From an uncultured Candidatus Saccharibacteria bacterium (GTDB lineage: Bacteria; Patescibacteriota; Minisyncoccia; Phycocordibacterales; PALSA-1337), in assembly GCA_964459225.1 (NCBI GenBank), contig CAYWKB010000001.1, positions 116,140 through 180,139 on the forward strand: 64,000 nt of DNA. The letters run 5' to 3'. The notes below the pieces were generated by a model. The model saw nothing but the letters and a program-made list of their open reading frames with translations, searched no databases and was not told where the DNA came from. The position numbers were made by a program, and so were the translations under genes. Position 1 is the first letter of the stretch; each line of letters opens with the position of its first letter. Of the stretch, positions 1 to 8,713 are shown piece by piece.

Positions 1-109
1 CTGCTCCCACCATACCAAAGTCTTGTGTAAATATATTAATAAATTTATTTGCCTCACCTTGATTGAGACTATTTACTATAAATCCTTTTGTTGTGTATAT
101 ATTGTGCAT
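1..109 (-). CDS. recO: DNA repair protein RecO, N-terminal part (runs off window edge)
   Basis: Manual translation from ATG at 109: MHNIYTTKGFIVNSLNQGEANKFINIFTQDFGMVGA, matching the RecO N-terminal pattern (GE.nk...fT..fG). Confidence 0.75.
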   Translation of the reverse strand, partial: MHNIYTTKGFIVNSLNQGEANKFINIFTQDFGMVGA

Positions 110-137
110 TTGACAATAAAATTATATGGTGTATACT
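110..137 (+). promoter_or_regulatory. sigma70-type promoter
   Basis: TTGACA 110-115, 16-nt spacer, TATACT 132-137. Confidence 0.65.
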
Positions 138-143
138 AATATC

Positions 144-250
144 AGTAATCGGTTAGTTTGGTTCTTTGGTTGCCGAAAGGCATTGGTGAGGTCGAGTCAG
201 TGGTGTTCCTCCGGGGCGGTCGCATTCTTTTGTGCGACCGCCCTTTTTCT
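144..250 (+). ncRNA. candidate ~105-nt small RNA
   Basis: Between promoter 110-137 and a + strand terminator; TGCC-GAAA-GGCA tetraloop hairpin; no credible ORF. Confidence 0.35.
214..250 (+). terminator. intrinsic terminator
   Basis: GGGCGGTCGCA / TGCGACCGCCC 11-bp stem followed by T-run on + strand only. Confidence 0.8.
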
Positions 251-253
251 TAC

Positions 254-3200
254 CTATTTTATTTCTATCTTTGTTTCTTCGGTACTTTCTGTATAGTAAA
301 TAGCAGAAAGACCGGTTGTTTTCCTTATTATTTCTTCACCCTTTTTGTATATTTCTATATTTTCTTTGCTTGATGAAATAGATAATTCGGCAATATCTTT
401 AACATTCATTCCTTTTTCTTTTCTTAAATCTTGAATACTTCTTTGAAGCTCTCTTACTATCCCCTCCTCTTTTAATTCTTTTGTAATAGTAGTATCGAGC
501 AATACATCATTTAATATACTTACGTCATGCACTATTTCTTTTACATTTACTTCGTCTTTTAAAATATAAATTAAATCATCATTTATTTTAACTTTTGTTG
601 TAAGCTTTGATAGTGGTTGTCTTACATTTATTTTTGCATTCATGCGGGCTTCAAGACCAAGAGATGCAATCTTCCTTAGATTAGACATTGAATTCAACAC
701 CTCTACATTAACCTTCTTTAAATCAGACCATGATTCCAAATGAACACTTTCCTTCATGTCCTTTGTTTTTAATTTTTGATATATATCTTCAGCAATAAAT
801 GGCATAAATGGTGCGATTAATTTTGTGAATTCTATTATCACATTTCTTGTGGTTGATAATGCCATTTCCCTATCACTTAGATTATCACTTTTAAATCTAT
901 CTCTTGATCTTCTTAAATACCAGGTTGAAAGATCATCCACAAAATCAGCAATAGGTCTTGATGCTCTGTCTATTTCACATTTTTCTAAATTATCTGTAAT
1001 CTCTTTTGCCACTTGAGACAGTCTTGTGTTTATCCATATATCCAATTGATTTGTACTTTTAACATTTTTGATTTCCAATCCTTGTGAATACATTTCATAA
1101 AATGAAACCACATTATTTAATCTTCCTATATGCTTTTTAACTACTTCATCAACTAATTTTTCTGAAAAAACTACATCCTGTGCTCTAACTGCAGATGATG
1201 ACATCAGGAAATATCTAAGTGCATCTGCACCGTATTTATTTACAACAAGCATTAAATCTGGGTAATTTTTCTTTGACTTTGACATCTTTTGACCGTCCTC
1301 AGCAAGCACAAGTCCGTTTACTATGACTTTTTTGTATGGAGACTTACCAAAGAGTGCAACACCGAGAACAAGCATAGAATAAAACCATCCTCTAGTCTGA
1401 TCCAATCCTTCAGAAATAAAGTCAGCTGGATAACCCTTTGTCTTGCCTAATATCTTGCTAAATGGTCCTGGCTTTGGATTGAAATCGCATTTATTGAATG
1501 GATAATGTGATTCACCAAATGGCATTGAGCCTGATTCAAACCAACAATCAAATACTTCAGGAATTCTCTTTAGTTTACTGCCTTTGTCTGTATACAGCTC
1601 AATATTATCTATATATGGTCTATGCAAATCTAATTCGTATTCATCATTATGTGGTAAAGGATGGAAATCTAATTTTCTTGGTTTTGCATTTTTATTATAA
1701 TGCTCATCACTTCCCCTAAGTGCTATTGATTCCTTTCTATTTAATCCTTGCGAAACTGTTTCAAGTAAAAATAGTGGTGTATCATGAGAAATTATCAAAA
1801 TATTTTTGCCAGAATATTTATTTTCATAATCATATATTGCATTACCCATTCTCTTTTTGATATCAACATAGTTTTCACCTCCTTCTGGAGTCATTTCGAA
1901 TCTATTTTTATGAGAAAAATTTGAAACAAAATCATCAAATGGCTTGCCGTTCCAAACACCTGCATTTAATTCTTTTACTCTCTGATCTATTATTATTTTT
2001 GATTTATCCAAGCCTAATTTATCTGCAATTATATTTGCAGTTTCCATTGTTCTTATGAAAGGCGACACAAATATTAAATCAATCTTTTTATCTGATAGCC
2101 ATTTACCTGCTTCATTTGCTTGCTTTTTACCTAATTCAGTTAAATGATGTGGATTATCCTCTTTTGAACTTATAACCTTTTCGGTATTATTCATTGCCTC
2201 TCCATGACGACAGACATAGTATGTGTTTTTTGCTTTGCTGTACTTTTTTAAATCTTTTACTGATCCAAATACAATACATTCATTTGTTTTTTCATCACGC
2301 CATACAGGAAGTGGTGCACCCCAAAAACGTGAGCGGGATATTGCCCAGTCTCTTGCTCCAGTCAACCAATCTCCAAATCTTTTTTCACCGATTTCTTTTG
2401 GCGTCCATTTTACTTTTGAATTTTCTTTTATTAATTTATCTTTTATTGCAGTCACTTTTACAAACCATGATGAAGTTGCATAGTTTAAAAGTGGAGTAGA
2501 ACAACGCCAACAATGTGGATATGAGTGTATTATCTTTTCCTTTGCAAAAAGACTTCCTGCATGAGCAAGGTATTTAATTATTTCAATATCTGCCTTTTGA
2601 TGACCTTCAACTTTATTTACTCTATCTTCATCTGTTGTTTTTGGTTTAACATCTTTAAAAGCAAAATCCTTAACTTGAGCTGTAAACTTACCGTCCATAC
2701 TTACATGCTGAATAAATGGAATATTATTTTTTACTGATAATTCATAATCATCAGTACCGAAGGCTGGTGCAATATGTACAATTCCTGTTCCACTATCTAT
2801 AGTTACAAAATCTGCATCGTATATTTTATATGCATTTTCAATATTTTTTATTTTTTTATCATTTACAAAATAATCAAATACTGGAATATATGACTTACCT
2901 ATCAAGTCCTTTATACTTACCTCACCTAACACTTTGTATTCTTGCTTTATTGTAGAAAGTCTTGATTCAGCTAAAATCAAATTATCTATACCCTTTTCTG
3001 TCTTTACTTCTATTTTTACATATTTGATTTTTGAGTTTATCGCTAATGCGGTGTTACCTGGTAATGTCCAGGGTGTTGTTGTCCATGCAAGTAATGATGT
3101 ATTTTTATCATCCTTTAATTTAAATTTAACATAAACTGAAATGTCAGTTATATCTTTGTATCCCTGACTAACTTCAAAATTTGAAAGTGTTGTTTCGCAT

Positions 3201-3763
3201 CGTGTACAAAGATTCATAGACTTAAAACCTTCGTATATTAATCCCTTTTTATGCAATTCAGAAAATGCCCACCACACAGATTCGGTATAACTTGAATCCA
3301 TAGTCCTGTAATCATCTTCCATATCAACAAATCTTCCAAGTCTTGGGATTATTTTTCTCCAATCATTAGCATAACGCATCACACTATTCCTTGATGCTTC
3401 GTTAAATTTATCTATTCCGTAATCGATAATATCTTTTTTGCTTTTTAAATTTAATTCTTTTTCAATTAGATTTTCGACTGGAAGCCCATGGCAGTCCCAA
3501 CCCCATCTACGACGGACTTTGTAACCCTTCATTGTCTTGTATCTAGGTATAATATCTTTTATTGTTCCTGGAACCACATGACCATAATGAGGCTCTCCAG
3601 TTGCAAATGGTGGGCCATCATAAAATACAAAATCACCTTTTGGAGCAGGCTTTTCAACACTTTTCTTGAATATTTGATTATCTTCCCAAAATTTAAGTAT
3701 TTTTTCCTCTGTTTCAACTACTTTGTTTTTAGGTACATTTAGATTATTTTTATCATCTGACAT
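254..3763 (-). CDS. ileS: isoleucyl-tRNA synthetase (IleRS2 type) with inserted histidine-phosphatase domain
   Basis: DGPPFATGEPHYGH, GWDCHGLPVE, WTTTPWT, DWAISRSRFWG, GLDQTRGWFY, KMSKS; RHGE insert; start placed at 3763 behind TGC-TAGAAT-N7. Confidence 0.95.
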   Translation of the reverse strand: MSDDKNNLNVPKNKVVETEEKILKFWEDNQIFKKSVEKPAPKGDFVFYDGPPFATGEPHYGHVVPGTIKDIIPRYKTMKGYKVRRRWGWDCHGLPVENLIEKELNLKSKKDIIDYGIDKFNEASRNSVMRYANDWRKIIPRLGRFVDMEDDYRTMDSSYTESVWWAFSELHKKGLIYEGFKSMNLCTRCETTLSNFEVSQGYKDITDISVYVKFKLKDDKNTSLLAWTTTPWTLPGNTALAINSKIKYVKIEVKTEKGIDNLILAESRLSTIKQEYKVLGEVSIKDLIGKSYIPVFDYFVNDKKIKNIENAYKIYDADFVTIDSGTGIVHIAPAFGTDDYELSVKNNIPFIQHVSMDGKFTAQVKDFAFKDVKPKTTDEDRVNKVEGHQKADIEIIKYLAHAGSLFAKEKIIHSYPHCWRCSTPLLNYATSSWFVKVTAIKDKLIKENSKVKWTPKEIGEKRFGDWLTGARDWAISRSRFWGAPLPVWRDEKTNECIVFGSVKDLKKYSKAKNTYYVCRHGEAMNNTEKVISSKEDNPHHLTELGKKQANEAGKWLSDKKIDLIFVSPFIRTMETANIIADKLGLDKSKIIIDQRVKELNAGVWNGKPFDDFVSNFSHKNRFEMTPEGGENYVDIKKRMGNAIYDYENKYSGKNILIISHDTPLFLLETVSQGLNRKESIALRGSDEHYNKNAKPRKLDFHPLPHNDEYELDLHRPYIDNIELYTDKGSKLKRIPEVFDCWFESGSMPFGESHYPFNKCDFNPKPGPFSKILGKTKGYPADFISEGLDQTRGWFYSMLVLGVALFGKSPYKKVIVNGLVLAEDGQKMSKSKKNYPDLMLVVNKYGADALRYFLMSSSAVRAQDVVFSEKLVDEVVKKHIGRLNNVVSFYEMYSQGLEIKNVKSTNQLDIWINTRLSQVAKEITDNLEKCEIDRASRPIADFVDDLSTWYLRRSRDRFKSDNLSDREMALSTTRNVIIEFTKLIAPFMPFIAEDIYQKLKTKDMKESVHLESWSDLKKVNVEVLNSMSNLRKIASLGLEARMNAKINVRQPLSKLTTKVKINDDLIYILKDEVNVKEIVHDVSILNDVLLDTTITKELKEEGIVRELQRSIQDLRKEKGMNVKDIAELSISSSKENIEIYKKGEEIIRKTTGLSAIYYTESTEETKIEIK

Positions 3764-3800
3764 AAAAGTCATTCTAGCATTTTACCAACTTTTTTTCATC

Positions 3801-5510
3801 CTACATCTTAGATGGAACTTCAATTCCTAATATCCATAATCCTGATTTCATAATATGAGCAAACATTTTTGTAATCATAATTCGATATGCTGTATACTCA
3901 CTCTTTTCATCTAATATCTGATTATTTGTATAATATGAATTAAATTCACCAACAAGGTCTATTAAATATGTTACTAAATAATTTGGCGCGTATTCTAATC
4001 TTGATCTTTCAACTACTTCATTAAATCTAATTAGCTTTTTTTCTAATGAACTAATATTTTCATCAAATTTTATTTCATTTGAATACTTTGTATCTTTTGC
4101 CTTTGCCAATATAGCATTTGCCCTAACCGCTCCGTACTGTAGATATGGACCTGAATCCCCTTCAAATGAAATTGCCTTATCTGCATCGTATATAATGTCT
4201 CCACCTATTGATTGTCTGAGTATTGTGTATTTTAATCCCGCAATTGCTATTTGATTTTTAATTTTTTTGTATTCAACTTCTTCAAAATCTTTTCCTTTCA
4301 TCTTTACATCAACTAATTTTTCAAATTCTTCTATGAGTTCTGTTGCGGGTATTATATTTCCCTTTCTTGAAGACATTTTCCCTGTACTTGGTCTCAATAT
4401 TCCATGACTCAAATGCTTCATTTTTGAAGCGATATTTTTATCTATTTGATTGAATGCAGAAATAATAACCTTAAAATACGCATTTTGTTCATTTGCTGTT
4501 ATCACAATTGATTCATTTAATTTTGGATATAAATCAAATTTGGTAAATGTTAAACCGATTTCTTTTGCTTCATAAGTTGGTAATCCTTCGCTATTTATGA
4601 ACACTCTTGTATGTTCCCCATATTTTTCACCAGGGAAAATTATCGCACCATCGCTTTTTTCAAATACGCCTTTTTCTAAATTTTCATTTACCTTTTTAAC
4701 ACCGAGTGATGCAACTTCACTTTCAAAAAAGAAATTATCGAACTTTGTTCCAAGTTTTTTGTATATAGTATCAAAATATTCAAGACTTATTTTTCTGCCT
4801 TCATTATATATTTTATTTATTTCTTCATCTGATTTATTGAAAATCTTTTTATTTATTTCTATTATTTCCTTTTTTGAATTTTCATTATCTGCATATTGAT
4901 TTTCACCATATACATACATTTCACCTAGAAATTTAATTCTCTTTTCCAAGTCAATATTTTCGGCTGGTATATTACCTATATTTTTAGTCATTGCCCATAC
5001 TGTCTTTGCAACATGAAGCCCTACATCGCCCTGATAACAAGCTCGTATCACCTTTGCATTTGAATAACTGACTATTCTAGATATTGATTCACCTATAGTG
5101 TTAGCCATAAGGTGACCAATATGAAATATTTTAAAAGGATTTGGATCAGTGTATTCAATCATCACCTCTTTATTTTTATCTAAATTATTTTTACCAAAAT
5201 CATTTAGATTTTCAGAAATTTTGATTATTTCATTTTTAAATACCGTATCTTTAATTTTAAAATTAATAAATCCAGGACCTGCAATATTTACTGATTCAAT
5301 TATTTCATTTGGATTTTTATTTATCTTTTCTATAATTTGTTCTGCTAATTGTTTTGGAGAAATATTTAATTGTTTTGCATAAAGCATGGCAAAGTTAGTC
5401 GAAAAATCTCCATGATCTTTATTGTCAGGATACTCTATATTTATTTTAGGATTTTGAATATTAAATTCAATAGCTACTTTATTTAATATTTCAATTATCT
5501 TACTTTTCAT
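3801..5510 (-). CDS. argS: arginyl-tRNA synthetase
   Basis: HGDFSTN, AGPGFIN, EYTDPNPFKIFHIGH, KMSSRKGN, GDSGPYLQY. Confidence 0.96.
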   Translation of the reverse strand: MKSKIIEILNKVAIEFNIQNPKINIEYPDNKDHGDFSTNFAMLYAKQLNISPKQLAEQIIEKINKNPNEIIESVNIAGPGFINFKIKDTVFKNEIIKISENLNDFGKNNLDKNKEVMIEYTDPNPFKIFHIGHLMANTIGESISRIVSYSNAKVIRACYQGDVGLHVAKTVWAMTKNIGNIPAENIDLEKRIKFLGEMYVYGENQYADNENSKKEIIEINKKIFNKSDEEINKIYNEGRKISLEYFDTIYKKLGTKFDNFFFESEVASLGVKKVNENLEKGVFEKSDGAIIFPGEKYGEHTRVFINSEGLPTYEAKEIGLTFTKFDLYPKLNESIVITANEQNAYFKVIISAFNQIDKNIASKMKHLSHGILRPSTGKMSSRKGNIIPATELIEEFEKLVDVKMKGKDFEEVEYKKIKNQIAIAGLKYTILRQSIGGDIIYDADKAISFEGDSGPYLQYGAVRANAILAKAKDTKYSNEIKFDENISSLEKKLIRFNEVVERSRLEYAPNYLVTYLIDLVGEFNSYYTNNQILDEKSEYTAYRIMITKMFAHIMKSGLWILGIEVPSKM

Positions 5511-5546
5511 AAAATTATATTAACTTAAAAATGTGCATAAAGCCAT

Positions 5547-5574
5547 TTGACTTTGTGTGTAGGTATTGTATATT
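5547..5574 (+). promoter_or_regulatory. sigma70-type promoter
   Basis: TTGACT 5547-5552, 16-nt spacer, TATATT 5569-5574. Confidence 0.55.
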
Positions 5575-5580
5575 TTAGAC

Positions 5581-5797
5581 AATAGCTCTTTTACTGATAT
5601 GGTAGGTGAGGATGAATGTGCTGCCTGAATCATGGATATTGGCTATGGGAATGAACAAAAAGTGACCAATATCATAGCTGTAAGGAACATTCCACATCGG
5701 TGTGTGTGAGAACATCACAAACGTTTTCACACTTCCTCGTCCTATCCGTAACACAAAGGGCGTCCGATTTTCGGTTTTCGGGCGCCCTTTCTCTTTT
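5581..5797 (+). ncRNA. candidate ~210-nt multibranched structured RNA
   Basis: Nested stems (GGTAGG-TGAGGA/TCCTCG-CCTATC, GAATGT/ACATTC, ATATTGG/CCAATAT, GTGTGAGAAC/GTTTTCACAC) with G-U pairs valid on + strand; own promoter and terminator. Confidence 0.5.
5755..5797. terminator. intrinsic terminator (possibly bidirectional, downstream of glyA)
   Basis: AAAGGGCGTCCGA / TCGGGCGCCCTTT stem with flanking A and T runs. Confidence 0.75.
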
Positions 5798-5813
5798 CTG
5801 ATTATTTTTTATT

Positions 5814-7016
5814 TTATTTTCTTCTCAAAATAGTGTCTATTCTCTCAGCAATCTTCTTCATATCTTTTTCCTTTTTACCTTTTGTTGTTTCTCCTGCCGT
5901 TCCTAGTCTTATGCCTGATGGATCAATAGGACTTCTAGTATCAAATGGAATTGCATTTTTATTTACTATTATTCCTTCTTTTTCTAATCTATCACTCGCA
6001 TCCTTTCCTGAAATTCCCTTACCCTCCATCCATGTATCAACAAGTATTAAATGACTATCAGTTCCCCCTGAAATTATTTTCCATCCCTTTTTTGATAATT
6101 CATCTGCTAGAACTTTTGCATTCTTTTTGACTTGTTTTGCATACTTTTTAAATGCGGGAGTATTTGCCTCTTTTAAAGCAACTGCAACTGCTGCGATTTG
6201 ATTAATATGTGGACCTCCTTGAAGTCCTGGGAATACTGCTTTATTTATGAGATCTCCCATTATTTGCTCCTTTCCCTTGCTATCAATTATCTTTTTATCA
6301 TTTTTTGAAAAAATAATTGCACTTCTTGGGCCTCTCAATGTCTTATGAACTGTTGTTGTGACTATATCTGCATATTCAAATGGTGATGGATATTCACCTC
6401 CCGCGACTAGTCCCGCAATATGTGACATATCTATCATTAGCAATGCTCCGCAGGCATCGGCAATTTCCCTTAATTTTTTGAAATCAACAATTCTAGGATA
6501 TGCAGTATATCCGCCAACTATAATTGCTGGCTTTTCTGCTATTGCTTTTTCTTTTAATAAATCATAATTAATTAATTCAGTTTCCTTATCTACTCCATAA
6601 GGAATTTGTGACCAGAATTTTCCTGTAGCAGAAACTTTATGACCATGAGTCAAATGACCACCATGATCAAGTGACATACCCATAATCTTTCCACCTTGTG
6701 GCACAAGAGCAAGATAGACAGCAAGGTTGGCGGGTGAACCAGAAAGAGCTTGGACATTTACAGACCATTTATCATTTGAAAGTTTAAAAAGTTTTAATGC
6801 TCTTTCAATAGCCAAATCCTCTATCTTATCTACAATTTCATTTCCACCATAATATCTCTTACCAGAATACCCTTCTGCGTATTTGTTAGTAAGGACAGAG
6901 CCGAGAGCGGTCAAAACATCTTTTGAAACATAGTTTTCAGAAGCAATAAGATTAATGACTTTCTTTTGTCTTTTACCTTCAGATTCAATAAGTTTTTTGA
7001 TTTGAGTGTCTTTCAT
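5814..7016 (-). CDS. glyA: serine hydroxymethyltransferase
   Basis: LIASENY, NKYAEGY, GGHLTHG, TTTVHKTLRGPR, PGLQGGPH. Confidence 0.97.
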   Translation of the reverse strand: MKDTQIKKLIESEGKRQKKVINLIASENYVSKDVLTALGSVLTNKYAEGYSGKRYYGGNEIVDKIEDLAIERALKLFKLSNDKWSVNVQALSGSPANLAVYLALVPQGGKIMGMSLDHGGHLTHGHKVSATGKFWSQIPYGVDKETELINYDLLKEKAIAEKPAIIVGGYTAYPRIVDFKKLREIADACGALLMIDMSHIAGLVAGGEYPSPFEYADIVTTTVHKTLRGPRSAIIFSKNDKKIIDSKGKEQIMGDLINKAVFPGLQGGPHINQIAAVAVALKEANTPAFKKYAKQVKKNAKVLADELSKKGWKIISGGTDSHLILVDTWMEGKGISGKDASDRLEKEGIIVNKNAIPFDTRSPIDPSGIRLGTAGETTKGKKEKDMKKIAERIDTILRRK

Positions 7017-7119
7017 GGGATTTTTGGAATTACTTTTAATATACAGATATTATCATTTAATATCGATATATCAAAAAAATAAAATTTTTACGAAACAAAA
7101 CGAGAGTTTGAGCAATATA

Positions 7120-7542
7120 CTATTTACCGGTACTACCAAATCTTCCTTCACCTCTAGAGCTTTCTTTTAAACTATCAACTTCTTCAAAATCAGCGATAAC
7201 TACAGGTATTATCACCAACTGTGCTATCTTATCTCCTTTTTTTATTTCATATTCCACTTGTCCTAAATTTATCAAATTAACATTATATTCCCCTCTATAC
7301 CCAGCATCAAATACCCCTCCCATACTATGTATACCAGCATTTTTAGGTAAACTACCTTTATCCTTAACTATTGCAGCGTATCCAGATTCAAATTCCAATG
7401 CGAATCCAGTGAAGAATATTTTTCTTTCACCAGGCTTTAAAATATAGTTTTCAGTTGAATACATATCCATACCCACATCACCTGGATGAGCATAAGTAGG
7501 GATTTTAGAATCTGAATTTATTTTTTTAATTTTAATTTTCAT
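7120..7542 (-). CDS. dut: trimeric dUTPase family protein (motif 2 variant KGS)
   Basis: GDVGMD, GVFDAGYRGE, GDKIAQLV, RGEGRFGSTG. Confidence 0.9.
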   Translation of the reverse strand: MKIKIKKINSDSKIPTYAHPGDVGMDMYSTENYILKPGERKIFFTGFALEFESGYAAIVKDKGSLPKNAGIHSMGGVFDAGYRGEYNVNLINLGQVEYEIKKGDKIAQLVIIPVVIADFEEVDSLKESSRGEGRFGSTGK

Positions 7543-7547
7543 ATAAA

Positions 7548-8189
7548 TTAACCGACAAGTGAATTAATTATTCTTGAGACTTGTTCATGAACATTTTCGA
7601 GATCTTTGTTTGCATCTATTCTAATTGATTTTACACCATCAGATTTGAAGAATACTTCATAACCAGTACGTAGACGATTATGGAAAGCAAGATCTTGTTC
7701 GTCAAAGTGATTACTGTCTAAATTTGTACCGTTACGCGTCTTAACCCTTTCTAAACCTTCTTTAGTTTCGACATCAGCATAAAGATACCAGTCTGGAGTA
7801 ATGTCTAAATTATCCCTAAGTGTCCAAAATAACTTTTCCAATTCAGCACCACCTTTTTGTGCGTGTATTTGGTATGCAAAAGTTGAAGCGTCAAATCTGT
7901 CAGTTATAACATGTTTACCGGATGTGATTGCTGGTATAATGACGTTTTTTATATGATCATATCTCGCCGCAAACATTAGACACATCATTGTCTTATGATC
8001 AGCTTGACCTGCATGTTCATTTTTTAAAGCAAGTGTTCTTATCGCTTCCGCATATGGTGATCCACCAGGTTCCCTGGTTATCACAACATCATCTCCAAGT
8101 TTTTCTTTTATCTTTTGTATGATGGTTGATTTACCTGAACCATCACCACCTTCGATTGCAATAAATAACGGTTTGTTTTTTGTGTTCAT
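7548..8189 (-). CDS. tmk: thymidylate kinase
   Basis: IEGGDGSGKST P-loop, TREPGG, LMFAAR, DRF..ST.AYQ. Confidence 0.93.
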   Translation of the reverse strand: MNTKNKPLFIAIEGGDGSGKSTIIQKIKEKLGDDVVITREPGGSPYAEAIRTLALKNEHAGQADHKTMMCLMFAARYDHIKNVIIPAITSGKHVITDRFDASTFAYQIHAQKGGAELEKLFWTLRDNLDITPDWYLYADVETKEGLERVKTRNGTNLDSNHFDEQDLAFHNRLRTGYEVFFKSDGVKSIRIDANKDLENVHEQVSRIINSLVG

Positions 8190-8202
8190 ATATTCATTTA
8201 CT

Positions 8203-8676
8203 TTATTTAAACATCATATCAGATTCATCTAACAAAAATACATCTTTAATATTTGCTTTTATCATGGAATCCCAACATGGTTTACAACACCACCAATGTC
8301 CATATAGATACAAATCTGCATCCGATATATCTGTATTTGTTTTAAGGGCATTATTTACCGCTGATGTTTCAGCATGCATTTTACTATCTGAACAACCAGG
8401 GCATAGCCAATATTTTTCTCCTGATTTTATTTTTAATATTTTTCTTACACATAATCCTTTTTTATGTAAATTTATCATCCACCTAAATTTAAGTTTTGAT
8501 TTATTAGCCCCATAAGCTATTATTTTTCCATCTTTTACAACCACCGCTCCGGTAGGGTGAAAATGATCAGTGGAATAATTATCCCTGTAGTATTTAGCCT
8601 TCTGCATAAAAGTATTTTCGATACTAACATATTTTATTATTCTGCCTTCAGGTAAATAAGGGTATTTATTATTCAT
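8203..8676 (-). CDS. dCMP deaminase-like zinc deaminase (ComEB/DCD family)
   Basis: GAVVVKDGKIIAYG.N, CVR...SG...LC, HAE and CCKPC zinc ligands; start may be 8676 or 8694. Confidence 0.85.
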   Translation of the reverse strand: MNNKYPYLPEGRIIKYVSIENTFMQKAKYYRDNYSTDHFHPTGAVVVKDGKIIAYGANKSKLKFRWMINLHKKGLCVRKILKIKSGEKYWLCPGCSDSKMHAETSAVNNALKTNTDISDADLYLYGHWWCCKPCWDSMIKANIKDVFLLDESDMMFK

Positions 8677-8713
8677 TGTTATTGTTATAATCATTATATA
8701 TAATAATCACACA

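Noticed and set aside
158-373. 71-aa + strand ORF
   Set aside because: TTG start, reads through a strong terminator and overlaps the ileS end antisense; F/Y-rich shadow composition.
5511-5813. T-box or riboswitch leader for argS
   Set aside because: Pairing, promoter and main T-run favour the + strand; no T-box motif seen; argS has its own -10 six nt before ATG.
8203-8694. TadA tRNA deaminase
   Set aside because: Has the dCMP-deaminase-type CVR...SG...LC insert, sits with tmk and dut, and the window's Arg tRNA is GCG.
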